NCBI RefSeq assembly: GCF_006345805.1
Contig: NW_021836052.1
Span: 1-26,750 of the forward strand
Length of the DNA: 26,750 bases
Reading direction: 5' to 3'
From: Octopus sinensis
Lineage: Eukaryota
The translations under genes were made by a program, and so were the position numbers. A model generated the notes under the pieces. That model ran no database searches and was not told where the DNA came from. It saw only the letters and a list, made by a program, of their open reading frames with translations. Shown in pieces: positions 21,533 through 26,750 of the stretch (its first letter is position 1; each line of letters opens with the position of its first letter).

Positions 21533-21751
21533 ATATATATCGTTGCTATTAAACTGTCGTATGTCCAAATTTGGTCCAAATGCGTTTTTACCAATATTTA
21601 TTTTTGCTTGCAATAGCTGGTTCTTTTGGTCAAACTATCGTATCTTCAGCAACTAAAATGCTAAGATATCAAAACAAATTTTTGTTTCACTTTCTGAAAA
21701 AAAAAACGTTTCGGACGTAAGACACTTTTGCATAATAGCAACGATGTATAT
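21533..21751. mobile_element. MITE-like element with about 37-bp imperfect TIRs
   Basis: atatatatcgttgctatt / aatagcaacgatgtatat (17/18), continuing aaactgtcgtatgtccaaa / ttcggacgtaagacacttt (15/19) after a 5-nt indel. Confidence 0.65.
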
Positions 21752-21851
21752 TCTCCAATATAAAATTTCAGTGGATTTTCTTGTTTTAATTTTTACTACA
21801 ATTCACCAGCTGGAATTTTTCTCGGAAATTTTTACCATCTATATTCTATCT

Positions 21852-22025
21852 TTTATCTGTTTCATTTATTAGACTACGGCCATGCTGGGGTACCGTCTTG
21901 AAAAACTTTTAGTCGAACAAATACAACCCGCTGTACTTATTTTGCTTTTGAAACCTGATACTAAGTATATCATTCCGTCTTGCCGGACCGCTAAGTTACG
22001 GGGCCGTAATCAAACCAACACTGGA
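21852..22025 (-). mobile_element. SINE family A-like 3' half
   Basis: gactacggccatgctggggtaccgtcttgaaaaacttttagtcgaac...gaccgctaagttacgggg. Confidence 0.85.
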
Positions 22026-22140
22026 AAAAGGATACCGATAGATCAAGTCGCAGGCCTAAGAGAAAGTTAAGAAACGGATTCGATTTGTTCGACTGAATTT
22101 CTTGAAGTCGATGCACCAGCATAATAAATGATAAAAGAGT
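22025..22140 (+). mobile_element. SINE family A-like 3' end, diverged
   Basis: accgatagatcaagt...cgatttgttcgactgaatttcttgaag...gcaccagcat. Confidence 0.7.
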
Positions 22141-22141
22141 C

Positions 22142-22290
22142 ATGCAAACATGCATGCATGCATACATACACACATACATACATACATACATACATACATA
22201 CATACATACACACATACATACATACATACATACATACATACATGCATACATACATACATACATGCATACATATATATACATACATACAAA
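22142..22290. repeat. (CATA)n microsatellite
   Basis: Seen directly. Confidence 0.97.
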
Positions 22291-22298
22291 CAAGCAAA

Positions 22299-22412
22299 AA
22301 TACCTTGTTGTTGATATGTTGAAATTCCAATGAAGGAGGCTTGGATCTAGGTTACAAACCGGTTCTTTCCCTATTGGCAAGAAATCTTGAAATAAACTGA
22401 ACAATAACATAC
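22299..22412 (+). mobile_element. probable interspersed-repeat fragment between (CATA)n tracts
   Basis: gaaattccaatgaaggaggcttggatctaggttacaaaccgg resembles a repeat I recall from octopus DNA. It is single-copy here and unverified. Confidence 0.35.
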
Positions 22413-23159
22413 ACACATAAAGAATACATACATACATACATACATACATGCACATAACCATCATTAGTTGCTAATCCCTGAGCTGTAGGTTACGGTAACC
22501 GTCAGTCTATCGAAATTCCTTTTAATTTCAATATGGAGCAAAATGTGTAACTTAGAACATTAAGAAACTTGTTCTATTGTAAATCATCCATCTTGTGTCA
22601 TCACTACTAGCCGAATCTTGAATCTTACAGACTTCCTGCACTTAGATCCTCGATCGTACTTACCCATGACTATACATACATAAATATATGCACACGCCCC
22701 CACACATATGTGTGTTTGTGTGTGTGCTTATATATATATATATATATATATATAATACAATTATTTGTGATAGAAAATTCAAAGATAAATATTACACACA
22801 CATACACACACACCCACCCACACACTCACACTCACACACACGTGCGTACGTACCTAAATATCAATGGAATGTTTCTTAACTCCTCTACACCTTCACTGGC
22901 TTCGGCCAGCAGACTGCTGCCTTGTGTTGAGTAAAAGATTGTTAGTAAATATGAAAGACTGAATCGATTCATGAGCAAATGCAAAGAAATATTCAGCAGC
23001 GAATAAATATGGCACTGTGTAAGGGAAAAATTTATAATTGCGTGCAATGTGTTGGCTTTTCATATTTCTCTGTTCTGGTTTCTCTCATTTCACACTTTAA
23101 TACATTTGATAATGTTTCCTGTTTTTCCCCTCAAGCTTCGATTGTCCGGTCCACTATTT

Positions 23160-23410
23160 GACTGCCGAGCCGTCGTCATTCTCCTCCCGTAATACTCCTC
23201 CTCCTCTTCTCCCTCCTCAATTCCTCTCCCTCCATCTCCCTCTTCTCTTCCGCTTCACCATTATCATCATCGTCGTTGTCGTCGTTATTCGTCTTCATCG
23301 TCATTGTTATCCTCCTTTTCCTCCTCCTCATGCTCCTCTTCCTCAAGCTCCTCCTCCTCATGATCATCATCGTCATCAACATCATCATCATAACCACTAT
23401 CATCATCATC
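23160..23410. repeat. (CCT)/(CAT)/(CGT) low-complexity tract
   Basis: Seen directly. Confidence 0.9.
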
Positions 23411-23499
23411 GGCAAGTTCTCAGACTCGTTACAGCATCGGAATAAATTCCTAGCGGCACTGGTTCCGACTCTTTGTGCACCCGCAATATCGGCGACAGA

Positions 23500-24534
23500 T
23501 GCTGCATCTTTTGTCTCTGAATTTCCGGATCGTTATATCTATTAAGCTTGTCAAATACCTTGTCGAATATGTTTTTATCAGTGGGGAAAGCTTTATCGAT
23601 AAATTTAGAACTATGTTCTTCCCCGTCTGTTATGACTATGTCTGTTCGATTAGCCGTGATTGTTCTGTCAGCGTTAACAGGACAATTCCAGTGGCTGAGA
23701 TTAAGTTGCTACTCCATACCCTACCTTTTGGACTCTATCTCAAAGTAAAGGACCCAGATCTCATCTCCTGTGATTTTTCATTCCAAAAAAGCTTTGCCTG
23801 CATCGTTTTAGCAGTCGAGTAAGCGTTGACAAATGACCGCACGATTACGTTTATGGGTTTCGATAAGCTCTCTTGGCACCCATCTTGTCTAAACTTAACA
23901 GAATCGAAGCTTATCGTGGATGATTTTGTAAGCAAAACCATTTGGTAGTGGTGTGATTTGGTAGTGCTTACATATTTTCGTCTGCAAGTAACACCTTATG
24001 TTGTATTGGCGATTTTTATCTTCGTTTGGTGTTAGCACAGGACGGCCGGGAACAAGATAATCTACTGCTTTATCAACTATGTCGCAGAATCTGTATTTTG
24101 GGGTCTCCACCATTTTAAAGAATATTTACCTGCTAATTTCTGGTAAACAGTCTTTGGTTTTGAGCCAGCAGTGTGAAGGCTTCAGTGTCTGCTTTCAGTC
24201 CTGGAATCTTCTGGTACGAATGGGTTATTTCTTTGTCAAAATCAAAATATTGGTCTCGAAGTGTATTTCTGTGACTTCTGGGTCCATTATTCCGCATGTT
24301 GTTTCTGTCCGTTCTTTTTAGCAGTTTCTTTCATTTTTAATGCTTGCTTGGTCGCGTTGGTTTCAGTTTCTTCATACGATTTAAGAATAACATCAATTCC
24401 TCTTGCGTATTTTCAACTTTCCTTGACAGCAGAGGGCGACTGTTTTTGCTGCTTTCATGTTCACACCCAACCCGCAGCATCCATCCCTTGATTATGTCTA
24501 TTGTGGAGAAGTTTTGCCCGACACCACAACGTCC
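23500..24534 (-). pseudogene. decayed R4/Dong-like LINE ORF C-terminus (post-RT linker, zinc knuckle, RLE endonuclease)
   Basis: Hand translation: ...WTQK...PGLKADTEAFTLLAQNQRLFTRN*QVNIL*NGGDP/KYRFCDIVDKAVDYLVPGRPVLTPNEDKNRQ...YLQTKICKHYQITPLPN [mariner] WNCPVNADRTITANRTDIVITDGEEHSSKFIDKAFPTDKNIFDKVFDKLNRYNDPEIQRQKMQHL. This matches the R4 motifs GLKAETEG..AQDQ.L.TRNY, CxxC..H....C and WD.P..TD....ANRPDIV. Confidence 0.92.
23709..23939 (-). pseudogene. internal mariner transposase fragment
   Basis: GFAYKIIHDKLRFC*V*TRWVPRELIETHKRNRAVICQRLLDC*NDAGKAFLE*KITGDEIWVLYFEIESKR*GME*. Contains the mariner WVPREL motif and TGDE(T)W, the first catalytic Asp. Confidence 0.93.
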
Positions 24535-24690
24535 TTCTTCTTCTTCTTCTTCTTCTTCTTCTTCTTCTTCTTCTTCTTCTTCTTCTTCTTCTTCTTCTTC
24601 TTCTTCTTCTTCTTCTTCTTCTTCTTCTTCTTCTTCTTCTTCTTCTTCTTCTTCTTCTTCTTCTTCTTCTTCTTCCTCCTCCTCCTCCAC
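24535..24690. repeat. (CTT)n microsatellite
   Basis: Seen directly; about 47 perfect units followed by (CCT)n. Confidence 0.99.
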
Positions 24691-25760
24691 ATCCTCCTGT
24701 CTTCCTTCTTCTTTTAGGCGCATTGAGTGCCTATGTAGTAGAGTTAACTCACCTTCAACTATACTTAGTAGGACCCGTGTTCCAGTGTGAAGATAACGTC
24801 TCTGTACCAGTTTCGAAAGTTCCTACATCATGCCTCTGGGACTGGCTTCACCATCTCACTATGCTACAAAAAAAAAAAAGAGAAGAAAATATAAATAAAA
24901 TCGCTATATTCTACTTGACTAACTTTAATAAAAACAAAATAATGTACATGGTCCATGAATCATTAAATCAAATCTGCACAGAACATTAGACTCGAATGGC
25001 TCAATTCACTCAGACGAGATGAAGAAATGTTATATTAATTTAAGAATATAACGATTCGTAGGCAAACACATTTTGCATCAGGCTGCGGCCTTGTTCAATC
25101 TCAGATATCATAACACTTACAATAAACATTTAATACACCATTTAACACATGTTTTCATGGGTATTGGCTATAATTTAATCTCCGGATTTTATTCTAAATC
25201 GTTAAAAGTTAAGCAATTCTAACGATAGCTTAGAAAAAGATTTAAACGCCATTCCTGACAGTTCTTTCCAAAATTAATGGATTCTTATATTAAACTGTTT
25301 TCTTGCTGTTGCGGTCGTTATTTTTGTTGTTGAAGTTGTTGGCTGTTAACACTGTTGTTGTTCATGTTATTTAACCGCTTAGTGAACAATTTCATGCTTA
25401 AAACTAATTATATTAACATTCATTAAGATTTTCTGACCTATGGTTTCGCTCAATATCTCAACAGTTACTTCTTAATCTCCTGCTTCTGTCACATACAGAG
25501 AAAAAATTCGTGTATAACTAGATGTATGTGTGACAATCCACATACATAAACACGTATACACACCACATACACACAACGTAAAGAGACAGAGATTTGGAAT
25601 CTGGCCAGGTACCTTCTTAGCAGTCTGATATAATCCAGATCTGGCCAACAACATCGAATAATAGGGAACACATAATTAAGATTAACAATTAAACGGAACT
25701 TAACTCGATAGGTGAATCGAAAGTTCGTTTCAATGGATTTCATCGGATGTCTTTCTTTTA

Positions 25761-25900
25761 TAGTGGCTGTGTCGTAAGTAGCTTGCTTACCAACCATATG
25801 GTTTCTAGTTCAGTTCCACTGCGTGGCACCTTCGACCAAAGCCTTGTGAGTGTATTTGGTAGAAGGTAAAGAAAAGACAAACCATCGTAATATATATATG

Positions 25901-25949
<49 letters not shown>

Positions 25950-26173
25950 GTGTGTATATGTTTGTGTGTCTGTGTTTACACCCCCCCATCGCTTGACAAC
26001 CGATATAGGTGTGTTTATACCCCCGTAATTGAGCGGTTTTGGTAAAAGAGACCGAAAGGCTAAGTATAAGCTTACAAAGAATAAGTCCTGGTGTTGATTT
26101 GTTCGAGTAAAGGCGGTGTTCCAGCATGGCCGCAGTCAAGTGGCTGAAACAAATAAAAGAATAAAAGAAAGAA
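25761..26173 (+). mobile_element. SINE family A with a deletion of about 30 bp in the head, internal (TA)n/(GT)n
   Basis: tggctgtgtcgtaagtagcttgcttaccaacc...gcgtggcacctt|cgaccaaagcc; tail ccagcatggccgcagtcaagtggctgaaac. Confidence 0.92.
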
Positions 26174-26174
26174 T

Positions 26175-26182
26175 ATATATAT

Positions 26183-26228
<46 letters not shown>

Positions 26229-26260
26229 TATAATATATATATTGTATATATATATATAGT
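26175..26260. repeat. (TA)n microsatellite
   Basis: Seen directly. Confidence 0.95.
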
Positions 26261-26269
26261 TAATCGAAC

Positions 26270-26462
26270 AAGAAAGTACAAAAAAACACAACAACGCGAG
26301 GACGTGGAACAAATATAGTATTATTGGAGCTCAGGAAAGAAGGAAAGAAGGAGGGTTTAACGTTTCGAGCGGAGCTCTTCGTCGGAAACATAGGAGAAGG
26401 AAAGATCCAGAGAAGGGAAGACAGAGGAAAAAATCGCCAACGGTACACACGAGGTCACATTT
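26270..26462 (-). mobile_element. short repeat carrying a minimal hammerhead-like motif (Penelope-terminus-like)
   Basis: Island between (TA)n and (GT/GC)n. I recall this sequence as repetitive in octopus (unverified). Contains the motif below. Confidence 0.55.
26355..26389 (-). ncRNA. minimal hammerhead-like motif, U4C core variant
   Basis: Minus RNA: GUUU-CCGACGA-A-GAGC-UCC-GCUC-GAA-ACGU-U^AAAC. Confidence 0.5.
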
Positions 26463-26750
26463 TGAGTGTGTGCGTGTGCGTCCGTGTGCGTGCGTGCGTG
26501 TGTACATGTATATTCGAGTCAAATACATGAAAATACTCAAAATATTTGTTCAAGTGTTTTCGTAAATCAAGTTAGACCTGGGAGACAGAAGGTAAGATAT
26601 AGAAGTCGAGAATAGTGAAAAAACTAATTTGGCTAACGAACATCTAATTCATTGTTTAAGCGGCACATTAAACAAAAGACCGAGCAATCAGTTGGTTGAA
26701 TATTTAAGCAATTGATTCACAATAAATAATTGAAATTGGATCAGTGTGTG

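Noticed and set aside
24337-24989. Poly-E/S/L/K ORFs
   Set aside because: Caused by (CTT)n; only the part below 24534 reflects the decayed LINE.

Overview
AT-rich eukaryotic non-coding DNA, most likely octopus. That assignment is inferred from recognisable tRNA-derived SINE families and extreme microsatellite density, not from a database search. No intact protein-coding gene is supported: almost all long ORFs in the track are translations of microsatellites. The window holds about 25 SINE copies or fragments from four families (my labels A-D), several nested or paired head-to-head, two of them with clear target-site duplications. It also holds two decayed R4/Dong-like (RLE-clade) LINE fragments, a mariner transposase fragment fused in frame inside one of them, and several inverted-repeat-bounded units. 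The main result is five hammerhead-ribozyme motifs in four unrelated short elements. Two are well-formed type I hammerheads with Schistosoma-Sm-alpha-like tertiary-contact geometry (5395-5472 minus, with a compensatory U3:A8 core; 21313-21396 plus). Three are minimal Penelope-type motifs, two of which lie inside a tRNA-headed SINE. All structures were folded by hand and none has been tested for cleavage.
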